A stretch of 64,000 bases of DNA from an uncultured SAR86 cluster bacterium (GTDB lineage Bacteria > Pseudomonadota > Gammaproteobacteria > Magnimaribacterales > D2472): the NCBI GenBank assembly GCA_902591665.1, contig CACJBO010000001.1, positions 15,112-79,111 of the forward strand, in the 5' to 3' direction. A program made the position numbers and the translations under genes. The notes under the pieces are model-generated. The model worked only from the letters and a program-made list of their open reading frames with translations, was not told the DNA's origin and did not search any database. Positions 21,283 through 30,514 of this stretch are shown here, piece after piece (the stretch's first letter is position 1; every line of letters starts with the position of its first letter).

Positions 21283-22621
21283 TTTTTAATTTTCTTTTTT
21301 CAATATCATCCATTAGTTGATTATGATATTTCTTATCAATAGGATAGAAATACACCAAAGCAAAACTTATTAATACTCCAACAATTGGGACAAGTGACAT
21401 TAAAGCCTTCAAATTCTCAAGAGTTTCTTTTGACTGTTCCTGATTAGGCTCGAAACCAATTTTAGTTAATATTATTCCTAATATAAAAGCTGCTAATGCA
21501 ATTGCACCTTTTTGTGCAAAGGTCATAAAGCCATACAAAGATGATTCTGTTCTAATACCTGTTTTCCATTCTCCATACTCAATAGTATCTGGAAGCATAG
21601 ACCAAAATAAAACACCTGTAGCGCCATTGCTAAAACCAATAATACTAACAATGAAAAGCAACTCATTAAGCTTAGAGATTGGATAAAAGTAAAAAACAGT
21701 GAATCCAAAAAACAAAAAAGTCATAGATATCAACCAAGTATTCCTCTTGCCCAACTTAACTGCCAAGTATGCCCATATAGGTATTGCTGTAAAAGCAGAG
21801 CCGTTTAAAAATAGTAAAATCATTCCCTGATATTCATGTAATCCTAATGAATATTTATTAAAATAAATTAAATTATTGTTAAACATTAAAACAGTTCCTA
21901 TCAATATTAATATTGCAGAAAAAACTATCCAGAATGGATAGTTATTTGAAACAGATTTTGCAACATTCTTAAAGTTTGGAAGAGCTTCTTTAGCTGACTC
22001 AAATTCTCTTTCTTTGACAAAGTATAAAGTTGCTGCGAGTATTATCACTGCAACAAACCCTGCAATTAAACCAAGATACACAAAACCCAAAGATTCTTCA
22101 CCAGCACCAAAAAATAGAACAATTGGGAATCCAAGAAATGAGATAGAAGTAGTGCCAAGCTGCGCAAACAGCATTCTTGCTGTAGTTAATTTTGTTCTCT
22201 CATCACTATCATCTGTGATTCTAGCTGTTAAAGACGAGTAAGGAACGCTAACAATTGTAAAACAGGTTCTATGGAATAAATTTGCAACCAATAGAAATAT
22301 TAATAAGGACATACCTTCAAACGGCGGCACCCACAACAATAAAATAAAAGACAAGGCCAATGGAACAGAGCCATAATATATATAGGGTCTATAGCTTCCC
22401 ATTTTAGTTCGTGTTCTCTCAGCTATGAAACCCATATAGGGATCAGTTAAAGCATCCCATGCTATTCCAAGACCATAAATTAAACCTGCCATTGATGGAG
22501 AAATGCCTACGACATCTGTATAAAAATAAAAGAGGTATAAGCTTACTCCACTCCAATAAAGACATATTGCATAGTCACCAATACCATACCCTATTCTAAT
22601 TTTGTTGGTTAATGTGTTCAT
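21275..22621 (-). CDS. Glycoside-pentoside-hexuronide (GPH) cation symporter, MFS
   Basis: GYGIGD, YTDVVG, WDALTDPYMG, PYSSLTA, WSMLPDTIEYGEWKTGIR; real start likely the ATG at 22621. Confidence 0.9.
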   Translation of the reverse strand: MNTLTNKIRIGYGIGDYAICLYWSGVSLYLFYFYTDVVGISPSMAGLIYGLGIAWDALTDPYMGFIAERTRTKMGSYRPYIYYGSVPLALSFILLLWVPPFEGMSLLIFLLVANLFHRTCFTIVSVPYSSLTARITDDSDERTKLTTARMLFAQLGTTSISFLGFPIVLFFGAGEESLGFVYLGLIAGFVAVIILAATLYFVKEREFESAKEALPNFKNVAKSVSNNYPFWIVFSAILILIGTVLMFNNNLIYFNKYSLGLHEYQGMILLFLNGSAFTAIPIWAYLAVKLGKRNTWLISMTFLFFGFTVFYFYPISKLNELLFIVSIIGFSNGATGVLFWSMLPDTIEYGEWKTGIRTESSLYGFMTFAQKGAIALAAFILGIILTKIGFEPNQEQSKETLENLKALMSLVPIVGVLISFALVYFYPIDKKYHNQLMDDIEKRKLKNV

Positions 22622-22702
22622 AATAAGAAATTTGAATATTAAAACATTAATGTATATGAAAAAGCTGTGTATTGCATTCCTAAAATATGTAAGACTAGTC
22701 TT

Positions 22703-23608
22703 ATGAGTTATGAAGAAGGATATGCAGAAAATAATGGTATAAAAATATTTTATAGAGATTATGGTCCAAAGAATGCTATTCCAATTCTCATGGTCCATGG
22801 GCTTGGAGCACAATTAGTTCATTGGCCTGAACATCTAATAGATTTTCTGATAGAAAATAATTACAGGCCAATTACTTTTGATAATAGAGATTCTGGGCTA
22901 TCAACAAGATTTAAAAAGAAACCATCAATTGTTTTAGGTTATCTAAGATATTTTTTTAGATTGCCAATAAGATCTGAATATACTTTAAATGATATGGCAA
23001 GAGACGGTATAAATGTTTTAGATCATTTGAACATCAATCAAGCACATGTAATAGGTACTTCTATGGGAGGCATGATTAGCCAAATTATTTGTTCTAAATA
23101 TCCTAAACGTGTGAAAACTTTTACCCTGATAGCTTCAACAGCATCTGTACCAGGACCTTTGAATGGAGCTACAAAAGAGGTGCGAGATATGATGGTTAGT
23201 CGATCAAAGACCACAAACCCAACTATGGATGAGGTATATCAAAGAGAACTGAAATGGGTTGGACTAATTGGAATGGAGGGCAAAGAGTTAGATACTCCTA
23301 AATTTAAACAAGATACTATAAATAATTTTAATAGAATTAAAAATGTTAAAGATGGATTTGGTTATGCTAGACAGCTTACAGCAATACTGTCTTCAAAAAA
23401 TAGAATTAAAAAAGTTAAATCAATTAAAGCAAAAACACTTCTAATTCACGGAGAGAAAGATCCAGTGTTGAATGTTAAAAACTCTTATTCAATGAATAAG
23501 CTCATTCCAGATAGCGAGTTAATTGTTATCCCAAACATGCGCCATTTAATTGAAGAAGAAATTCTTGATCAATTTAAAGAAAAACTAAAAATTCACCTTA
23601 AGACTTAA
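22703..23608 (+). CDS. Alpha/beta hydrolase (esterase-like)
   Basis: HGLG, FDNRDSG, GTSMGG nucleophile elbow, HGEKDP, terminal His; start likely the ATG at 22703. Confidence 0.88.
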   Translation: MSYEEGYAENNGIKIFYRDYGPKNAIPILMVHGLGAQLVHWPEHLIDFLIENNYRPITFDNRDSGLSTRFKKKPSIVLGYLRYFFRLPIRSEYTLNDMARDGINVLDHLNINQAHVIGTSMGGMISQIICSKYPKRVKTFTLIASTASVPGPLNGATKEVRDMMVSRSKTTNPTMDEVYQRELKWVGLIGMEGKELDTPKFKQDTINNFNRIKNVKDGFGYARQLTAILSSKNRIKKVKSIKAKTLLIHGEKDPVLNVKNSYSMNKLIPDSELIVIPNMRHLIEEEILDQFKEKLKIHLKT

Positions 23609-24695
23609 TTAAATTAAGCACATGTTTTCCTATGGAAAGACAACTTGTTACACCTGGACTTTCAACTCCTTGAATATTTATAAGTCCATCAACCCCATGA
23701 TCCCTGAAACTCTTTATAGAAAAATCCTTCATGGTTTCATTAAAACTTTGTAATTTAGGTCTTATACCAACATAATCAGGATGAAGTTTTGCAGAGTCTA
23801 TCTGGGGCCAATATTGTTTTATAGATTCAATAAATGTACTTTTTAAACTCTCATCAAAACTAAAATCAATTTCATCAACCCAGGTTATATCTGGTCCAAA
23901 TCTTATCTGACCAGATAAATCAAAACCCACATGCAGGCCTGAAGAAAACTCATTTGCAAGTGGGTATACCAAAGTGGTGAATGGGTGATTTCCATTGTAT
24001 TTAAAATAATGGCCTTTTGCATATTTTATAGAAGAGAAATGTCCTTCATCTAAGACATCAATTTTTTGTGAGATCATATCTGAATATAAGCCTGAAGCAT
24101 TAACGAGATAGCGAGTATCTATTTCATAGCTACTGCCATCGTTGCATATGATTTTAAAACCATGTTCAATCTTTTCAGCTGCAATGAAGTTTGTGTTGAA
24201 TGAAATTAAACCGCCGTTATGCTGAATATCACCCTCCAATGCGCTAATAAGCTCAGGCACATCAATTATTCCTGTGTTAGGAGAAAAAATCGCTTCTTCT
24301 ATTTTTAAATCTGGATAGATCTCTTTCATTTTTCTATTAGAAAAAAGATCAACCTCAACTAAATTTTTAATTCCTTGATTATAAATTTTATGCAATTTTT
24401 CTATGTCATTTTTATGTGATGCGATTATATATTTGCCAATTTTTTTATGATTGATTCTTTTGAGATTGGCATACTCATAAAGTAGCTTATTGCCTGAAAC
24501 ACAAAATTTAGTTTTAAATGAATTTTCTGGGTAATAAATTCCAGCATGAATAACTCCAGAATTTCTTGAGGAGATACCCTCGCCTGCTCTTGATTCTTGT
24601 TCTAGAACAACAACAGAATATCCTTGTTCGCTGCAAAATTTTGCAATTGATAAACCAACTACGCCAGCGCCTATTATGGTTACATCAAAAAACAT
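23598..24695 (-). CDS. FAD-dependent oxidoreductase, L-2-hydroxyglutarate oxidase (LhgO) family
   Basis: IIGAGVVG, SSRNSGVIHAGIYY, KGHYF, GIRPKL, GVESPGVTS. Confidence 0.85.
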   Translation of the reverse strand: MFFDVTIIGAGVVGLSIAKFCSEQGYSVVVLEQESRAGEGISSRNSGVIHAGIYYPENSFKTKFCVSGNKLLYEYANLKRINHKKIGKYIIASHKNDIEKLHKIYNQGIKNLVEVDLFSNRKMKEIYPDLKIEEAIFSPNTGIIDVPELISALEGDIQHNGGLISFNTNFIAAEKIEHGFKIICNDGSSYEIDTRYLVNASGLYSDMISQKIDVLDEGHFSSIKYAKGHYFKYNGNHPFTTLVYPLANEFSSGLHVGFDLSGQIRFGPDITWVDEIDFSFDESLKSTFIESIKQYWPQIDSAKLHPDYVGIRPKLQSFNETMKDFSIKSFRDHGVDGLINIQGVESPGVTSCLSIGKHVLNLIKS

Positions 24696-24705
24696 ATCTA
24701 GATCA

Positions 24706-24777
24706 CTAGATCAAAGGAATCAAAGGTATGTTGCAGGAAGATATAAAAAATAGACTAAATAGTATTAATAACTTCAT
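24706..24777 (-). CDS. 23-aa micro-lipoprotein (not in ORF track)
   Basis: MKLLILFSLFFISSCNIPLIPLI: basic N-terminus, hydrophobic core, lipobox ISSC; ends 10 nt before the LhgO-like start. Confidence 0.6.
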   Translation of the reverse strand: MKLLILFSLFFISSCNIPLIPLI

Positions 24778-24833
24778 AGTTTGATTCTGCCACAATACCA
24801 GCATAGATATAAATATATTTTTTGTTTTATAAA

Positions 24834-24860
24834 TAAAAAGAGCCCTTAAAGGGCTCTTAA
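24834..24860 (-). terminator. Rho-independent terminator after the GcvT-like gene
   Basis: AAGAGCCCT...AGGGCTCTT inverted repeat with a T-run on the minus strand. Confidence 0.8.
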
Positions 24861-24877
24861 TATTTAATAGCTAGAAA

Positions 24878-26182
24878 CTATTCGGCAAAGTCTAACCCTT
24901 TAGCGGCTTCAACTTCTCGCTTGTTAGGATTCACAGACTCCCTGAATGGCACATCTACAATTTCTGCATCAACTGAGACTCCTGGAGTTTCTGAATATTC
25001 ATCAGGAAGTTTAACTTTGTATTTAGTTCCTACTTCCGAAGCCTCCCATGGCACCCATGCAAGAGCAATATTGGTCTCTAATTCAGGCGACCACCAAGGA
25101 GATGTTACATAACCTACTTCTTTATCCTCAGTATCTGTAACCAACCAAAAATCAGGAGCATAGTTTGTAATCTCTTTTCCTCCAAGAGTAATACCAACCA
25201 TCTTCATTTTAAATGGTGCATTTCCTTCATCAATTATTGCTCTTTGTCTTTCAAGTTCCTCTTTACCAATATAATCAGATTTTTTATTACGAGGCACTTG
25301 ATAGCTCAGGTTAACTTGAAATGGTGAGGTCTCATGATCGAGATCTTGTCCCCAAGATAGAATACCAGCAGCAATTCTGCGATGATGAGCAGGAGCAATA
25401 ACCATTAAACCAAACTCCTCACCTGCTTCAAGCACTGCATTCCACATTTTTTCAGCATTTGCATGAGCATCACGAACATAGATCTCATAACCTTTTTCAC
25501 CAGTGAAGCCAGTTTGACTTATAACACAGTCAGCTCCACCAACTTTACATTCCATGAGTCCATAGTAAGGAATTTCTCTAAGCTCTTCCCCTGCAAGTTT
25601 TGCCATCAAGTCTTCAGATAATGGGCCTTGAATTTGAACAGGACATACATCTATTTCATCAATCTCAACATCATATTTTTTAGTAACATTTACACCTTGT
25701 AACCAAAGTAAGAGATCGCTATCTGATATTGAGAACCAAAATTCATCCTCTGATAGTCTCAATAAAACCGGGTCATTAAGAACCCCGCCTTTTTCATTAC
25801 ATAAGATGGCATATTTACCATGCATTGGTTCAATCTTTGTAGCATCACGAGTTATCACATAATCCGTAAAAGCCTCGGCATCTGGACCTTTAACTCTTAT
25901 CTGTCTTTCAACAGCAACGTTCCACATTGTTACTCTATTCACAAGGGCTTCATACTCAACCATAGCTCCGCCATCTTCTGGCTTTACATAACCTCTAGGG
26001 TGATAGATGCGATTATAAACTGTAGCTCTCCAGCAACCAGCTTCATGAGATAGATGCCAGAAAGGCGACTTTCTTACTCGTGTGGAAATTAAAAGCTCTG
26101 TCTTAGTTGGCCCACTTTGTCTAAGATTTATTGGAACCACTCTATCGCTTTGATCAACACTTGGATGATTAGGATTTGTCAT
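24878..26182 (-). CDS. GcvT-family THF-dependent aminomethyltransferase/demethylase (DmdA-like)
   Basis: WNVAVERQIRVKGPDA, NDPVLLRL, QIQGP, SQTGFTGEKGYEIY, RIAAGILSWGQD, VTSPWWSP. Confidence 0.85.
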   Translation of the reverse strand: MTNPNHPSVDQSDRVVPINLRQSGPTKTELLISTRVRKSPFWHLSHEAGCWRATVYNRIYHPRGYVKPEDGGAMVEYEALVNRVTMWNVAVERQIRVKGPDAEAFTDYVITRDATKIEPMHGKYAILCNEKGGVLNDPVLLRLSEDEFWFSISDSDLLLWLQGVNVTKKYDVEIDEIDVCPVQIQGPLSEDLMAKLAGEELREIPYYGLMECKVGGADCVISQTGFTGEKGYEIYVRDAHANAEKMWNAVLEAGEEFGLMVIAPAHHRRIAAGILSWGQDLDHETSPFQVNLSYQVPRNKKSDYIGKEELERQRAIIDEGNAPFKMKMVGITLGGKEITNYAPDFWLVTDTEDKEVGYVTSPWWSPELETNIALAWVPWEASEVGTKYKVKLPDEYSETPGVSVDAEIVDVPFRESVNPNKREVEAAKGLDFAE

Positions 26183-26357
26183 ATTTACCCCCCTTGTAAA
26201 TTATTAACATTTACCAAATTAAACGACATTTTTTTATCTTTGTAAATCAAAATATTTTGATAATTTATGCCTAAAAAAATGACAAAATTTTTAGTAAAAA
26301 AAATCAAAATAAATTACTATTATTGGATGTAAATAAACAATAGGTTATAAAAATTCT

Positions 26358-26825
26358 ATGCATAAAAAATATCTTAATTTTGTAATTTTTTCACTGGCAT
26401 TATTAATGTTCCAGCATAAATCTATTGCTGATACGGACACTAAGACAATGCTATTAACTCATAAAACACCAACATGCGGTTGTTGTAAAGAATGGGTTAA
26501 ACATGCAAAAGAAAAAGGCTTTAATGTTCATACACAAGATCATCAAAACCTTGAAGGTATTAAAAAAATGTATGCTATCAAGCCAGAATATAGATCTTGT
26601 CATACAACCGTATCTACAAATGGTTTTATTTTCGAGGGTCATATACCAGTAAAGTACATAACCCAATTTTTATCAGAAGATCATCCTAATGCCATAGGTT
26701 TATCAGTACCAGGAATGCCCTTAGGGTCACCTGGCATGGAGTTTGATGATAGGTTTACACCTTATGACGTGCTTATCTTATATAAAGATGGATCGAGTAA
26801 AGTATTCGCAGAAGTAAGGAATTAA
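26358..26825 (+). CDS. DUF411 (CopG-like) periplasmic metal-binding protein
   Basis: Signal peptide; PTCGCC..W, SCHT, EGHIP, VPGMPLGSPGME. Confidence 0.9.
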   Translation: MHKKYLNFVIFSLALLMFQHKSIADTDTKTMLLTHKTPTCGCCKEWVKHAKEKGFNVHTQDHQNLEGIKKMYAIKPEYRSCHTTVSTNGFIFEGHIPVKYITQFLSEDHPNAIGLSVPGMPLGSPGMEFDDRFTPYDVLILYKDGSSKVFAEVRN

Positions 26826-26833
26826 TAAATTGC

Positions 26834-28183
26834 TTATGAATTAAGCCTTTTGTTTATTTCTTCTTTTAGAAGCCACATTCTATCCTGGCCCCACACATAG
26901 AATGGATTATCATCATTTGCATCTGTTATTTTGAAACTAGGCACACCCCAACAATTACCTGAGTACATGTCTTTTAAATTATCATCTAAAACTTTTTTCC
27001 AATCATTGCTTCCTAGTTTTTTAGAGATAATATTCCAATCAAGACCAAGCTTTTCAACTGTAGACTTTAGATAGTCATCCTCTCCAATATTAATCCCATC
27101 GTAAAATGAGGCTTGAAGTAATTCATTAATGTACTCAAAACCTTTTCCAGCCTCATTAATAATTGGGAATATAGAATAAGCTTTCCTAGCTGGCTTTCCT
27201 AATGGAGAATAAATCTTACCAATTGGATTATTCTTTTTTAGCCCCTCTCTTGCAGCATCAGAAATAATGTATTTAGCTTTAAAATTTGGAATAGTCATTT
27301 TGCGCATTAGCATTGGTAAAACGGGTTTGGTTATTAGATTAATTGGGTACCCATCTTTTATTTCTTGCACACCTGTTACGCTGACAAAAGTATATGGGCT
27401 ATTTAAAGATGGGTAATAGTAAAGATTAAATTTATATTCACTTTCAAGTTTATCTGGTGCTTTTAAATTTGGAACACAAACAGACTCATTCATTGAATCT
27501 TTTCTTAAACCTAATTCATCTAATCTCTCTTCGAGATGATTAATTCTATCAACTCCCCAGTAAAGCTCTTTTCCATAAAAAAAAGCTGATCCAAAATAGT
27601 AATCTTTATCGTCTCTTATTGTATTCCCTTGCTCTAATTTTTTTAAAACTTCATCAGGAGTTGCCTTATGTTTTGTTGAAAGCTCTTCTAAAGTTTTTTG
27701 ATCATGAGACCATAATGCTTTACTAACTTTTTTGGCAAGGGAGGTAAAATCCGACTCATCTGCTGCAGTCAAAATAGAATTAGCTAAATTAACCAAATTT
27801 TTTTCTGGATAGGTCTGTGATGAAAATGCCACACCATAATAATCTGCAATACGGTTTACATCTCTTAAACAATAATCACCATATAAAGTTGGCTCATGAA
27901 CAGTTTCGGGATTTTCTTCACCAACAAGAACAGGCTTTAACAAAACATCAAATGTAGAAGCAATTTTTTCAACGTACTCAACTGTCAGGGCTGAATAAGG
28001 ATCATCAACTTTATGAAAATAAACAACGGTATGTGACTCTTGTGATTCTTGCCTCTCAGCCTCAAATGCAACTCGTGCCTTTTTAATGAGATCATAGCTT
28101 GCATAGGTATTCATAACTTTATTTCTTACCTTTGCAAAAATTGTTCGGCGAGACATAAAATTCATAAAAGCTTTTGAAATCAT
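26834..28183 (-). CDS. Tandem DsbA-like/HCCA isomerase (GST-kappa-like) two-domain protein
   Basis: Two thioredoxin-fold units: DDPYS...YWGVDR and NSPYT...WGVPSF...WGQDR. Confidence 0.8.
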   Translation of the reverse strand: MISKAFMNFMSRRTIFAKVRNKVMNTYASYDLIKKARVAFEAERQESQESHTVVYFHKVDDPYSALTVEYVEKIASTFDVLLKPVLVGEENPETVHEPTLYGDYCLRDVNRIADYYGVAFSSQTYPEKNLVNLANSILTAADESDFTSLAKKVSKALWSHDQKTLEELSTKHKATPDEVLKKLEQGNTIRDDKDYYFGSAFFYGKELYWGVDRINHLEERLDELGLRKDSMNESVCVPNLKAPDKLESEYKFNLYYYPSLNSPYTFVSVTGVQEIKDGYPINLITKPVLPMLMRKMTIPNFKAKYIISDAAREGLKKNNPIGKIYSPLGKPARKAYSIFPIINEAGKGFEYINELLQASFYDGINIGEDDYLKSTVEKLGLDWNIISKKLGSNDWKKVLDDNLKDMYSGNCWGVPSFKITDANDDNPFYVWGQDRMWLLKEEINKRLNS

Positions 28184-28291
28184 ATTAATTAATTTTTAAT
28201 AAGTATTGTTTAAAAAGGATGCCACAACTAAAAGTTTTAACAAAATATTTGTTCTATAGATTTATTAGCAGCTAATGTGCAGATTAAAATA

Positions 28292-29596
28292 TTAGTTATT
28301 ATCTAAATAATCTTTTATAGCAAGCTTGTCTGCTTTCATATCAGCTCTAAAGGCATTAAAAAGCTTTTGTTTATGATTGGGCATAAGACCTCTAGCCATA
28401 TTTTTAATTTGTTGATAAAACCAAGCCATAGCGCCAAACGCATTGATAACTTTAATTATCGTAAATGGGCTTGATGGAGAGAGAATTGAAGGACCTAAAG
28501 ATAGAGTCTTTTCAAAACTAGGAAGAACATCTAACTCTTCCGCTATCATTTTTTTAACACAATAAGGGTCTACACATAAAGGTCTTCCAATACCAACGAT
28601 CTGACAAACATTACTTTGCAGAGCATCCTCAATACCTTCTCTGGTTCTAAAACCGCCTGTTACCATCAGAGGCAAAGAAACTGCTTTTCTGATATCTTGT
28701 GCATATTCAAGAAAATAAGCCTCTCTTGCAATTGTACTTTCTTTTCTTTGCTCGCTTCTTTTTGGATTAATGGTTAAATCATCAACACCTATTAGTTTTG
28801 GTTGCTCATAGGTACCACCTGAAATTTCTATGATATCTACACCAGCATTTTCTAGCATTTGAGCAACCTGAATACTTTCATCAGGAGTGAACCCACCCTT
28901 TTGAAAATCTGTAGAATTTAATTTAACTGAAATAGGGAAATCCTCTCCAACTTCCTTTCTGCATTTATTAATTATTTCTAAATGAACCCTAGCCCTATTT
29001 TCAATACTGCCGCCCCAGGCATCAGTTCTATTATTGATATCAGGTGATAAAAACTCTGATAAAAGATAGCCATGGGCTGAATGAAATTGAACGCCAGTAA
29101 AGCCTGTTTCCCTTGCAATTTTTGCAGTAAAAACAAATCTATCTATTACATCAAGAATATTTTCTTCTGTCATGGGCGTTGGGGCGCCATAATTCTTACC
29201 AGGAATTTTTAATCCAATATTTGATGGAGCCAAGGGTGAAGAATTAATTTCACCTGGTGTTTGCCTTCCTGCATGTGAAATTTGCATCCATAACTGTGTA
29301 TTATCTTTTGTTCCTGCTGCTGACCATGCTTTAAGAGCATCATACTGATCTTTATAGTTATTCTGATCTATAACAACATTTGCAGGACCTTCAATGTTTC
29401 GTCGATCAACCTGAACATTACCAGTTAACAAAATACCAATATCGCCATCGGCCCATCTATCATATAGATTTGCATGTCCTTGATGGGCTAAATTATTACC
29501 TTTAGCAATTCGTTCTGTCATAGCTGCTTTGCAAACACGATTTTTAACTATCTGGCCACAAGGCAGGGTAAAAGATTGATTCATCAAGCTAGACAT
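28292..29596 (-). CDS. NADH:flavin oxidoreductase (old yellow enzyme family)
   Basis: NRVCKAAMTE, QISHAGRQ, HSAHGYLLSEFLSP..N.RTD.WGGS, EISGGTYE; start likely the ATG at 29596. Confidence 0.9.
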   Translation of the reverse strand: MSSLMNQSFTLPCGQIVKNRVCKAAMTERIAKGNNLAHQGHANLYDRWADGDIGILLTGNVQVDRRNIEGPANVVIDQNNYKDQYDALKAWSAAGTKDNTQLWMQISHAGRQTPGEINSSPLAPSNIGLKIPGKNYGAPTPMTEENILDVIDRFVFTAKIARETGFTGVQFHSAHGYLLSEFLSPDINNRTDAWGGSIENRARVHLEIINKCRKEVGEDFPISVKLNSTDFQKGGFTPDESIQVAQMLENAGVDIIEISGGTYEQPKLIGVDDLTINPKRSEQRKESTIAREAYFLEYAQDIRKAVSLPLMVTGGFRTREGIEDALQSNVCQIVGIGRPLCVDPYCVKKMIAEELDVLPSFEKTLSLGPSILSPSSPFTIIKVINAFGAMAWFYQQIKNMARGLMPNHKQKLFNAFRADMKADKLAIKDYLDNN

Positions 29597-29703
29597 TTGA
29601 ATTTCCCCCAATTACAAGAATGTAATGTATTAATCTAATTTGTTTATATTATTTGTATTCTTTGTAAATTGAAAGATGAAATTATTTAATATATGTTAAA
29701 AAT

Positions 29704-30447
29704 ATGAACATTTCTTCAGGGAAGAATTATCATCCTGTCTCCGCTATCCTACTGTCACTAGCTGTATTTTTTATTCCTTTGCTGTTTCTATATTTTGTGC
29801 TTGGTATTGTTTATGGACTTGATGATTCAGATACCTTAAAAAATCTTCTTCAGCAAAATGAAGTTAGTCTTAATTCTTATGGAACAGATATTTTGATCTA
29901 TCCCATCGAAGATAATGTAATGTATTTACTATCTGTTCCATTACAAGTTTTATTTATTTCTTGGTTGTTGAGGAGAAAAAGTATTGATCCAGTCCATAGT
30001 CTTGGATTAAATTTTTTTGATCGCAAGGCGTTTATATATGCAGTAGTTCTATGGATTTTATATTTTGCCTTTGCTTCTCTATACGGATATGTGCTTGAAA
30101 TTGAAATGCCTAGTGACTTTTTTGAATACTCAAAAGCAGTTCCAGTGTGGATGATAAGTATAGTATTTATAATTGGAGCTCCCATTGCAGAGGAATTATT
30201 GTTTAGAGGATACCTATACTCACAATTAAAAAATACAAAACTGGGTATCAACGGAACTATTTTTTTAACAAGTTTGCTTTGGACAGTGCTGCATGCTCAA
30301 TATGATATTGACATCCTTTTCTCACTATTCTTTTTAGGCTTAGTTCTGGGTTATGTAAGATATAAATATAACTCTGTATACTTAGCTATAGCTATCCATG
30401 CTATACATAATATCCAAGCCACAATTTATATTTTATTTTTTACTTAA
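29704..30447 (+). CDS. CPBP (Abi/CAAX) intramembrane glutamic endopeptidase
   Basis: PIAEELLFRG, WTVLH, HAIHN motifs. Confidence 0.9.
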   Translation: MNISSGKNYHPVSAILLSLAVFFIPLLFLYFVLGIVYGLDDSDTLKNLLQQNEVSLNSYGTDILIYPIEDNVMYLLSVPLQVLFISWLLRRKSIDPVHSLGLNFFDRKAFIYAVVLWILYFAFASLYGYVLEIEMPSDFFEYSKAVPVWMISIVFIIGAPIAEELLFRGYLYSQLKNTKLGINGTIFLTSLLWTVLHAQYDIDILFSLFFLGLVLGYVRYKYNSVYLAIAIHAIHNIQATIYILFFT

Positions 30448-30514
30448 TGGTCATATTCCTGCATTATTGAAGTTATTTTTTAATAATAATTAATATTCGG
30501 TATAGATTTTTATT

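Noticed and set aside
22622-22813. N-terminal extensions making the transporter and hydrolase ORFs overlap head-to-head
   Set aside because: Family homology starts at ATG 22621 (minus) and ATG 22703 (plus), leaving a normal divergent promoter gap.
26183-26357. Glycine or THF riboswitch upstream of the GcvT-like gene
   Set aside because: The region is almost all A/T with no recognisable aptamer motifs or stems.
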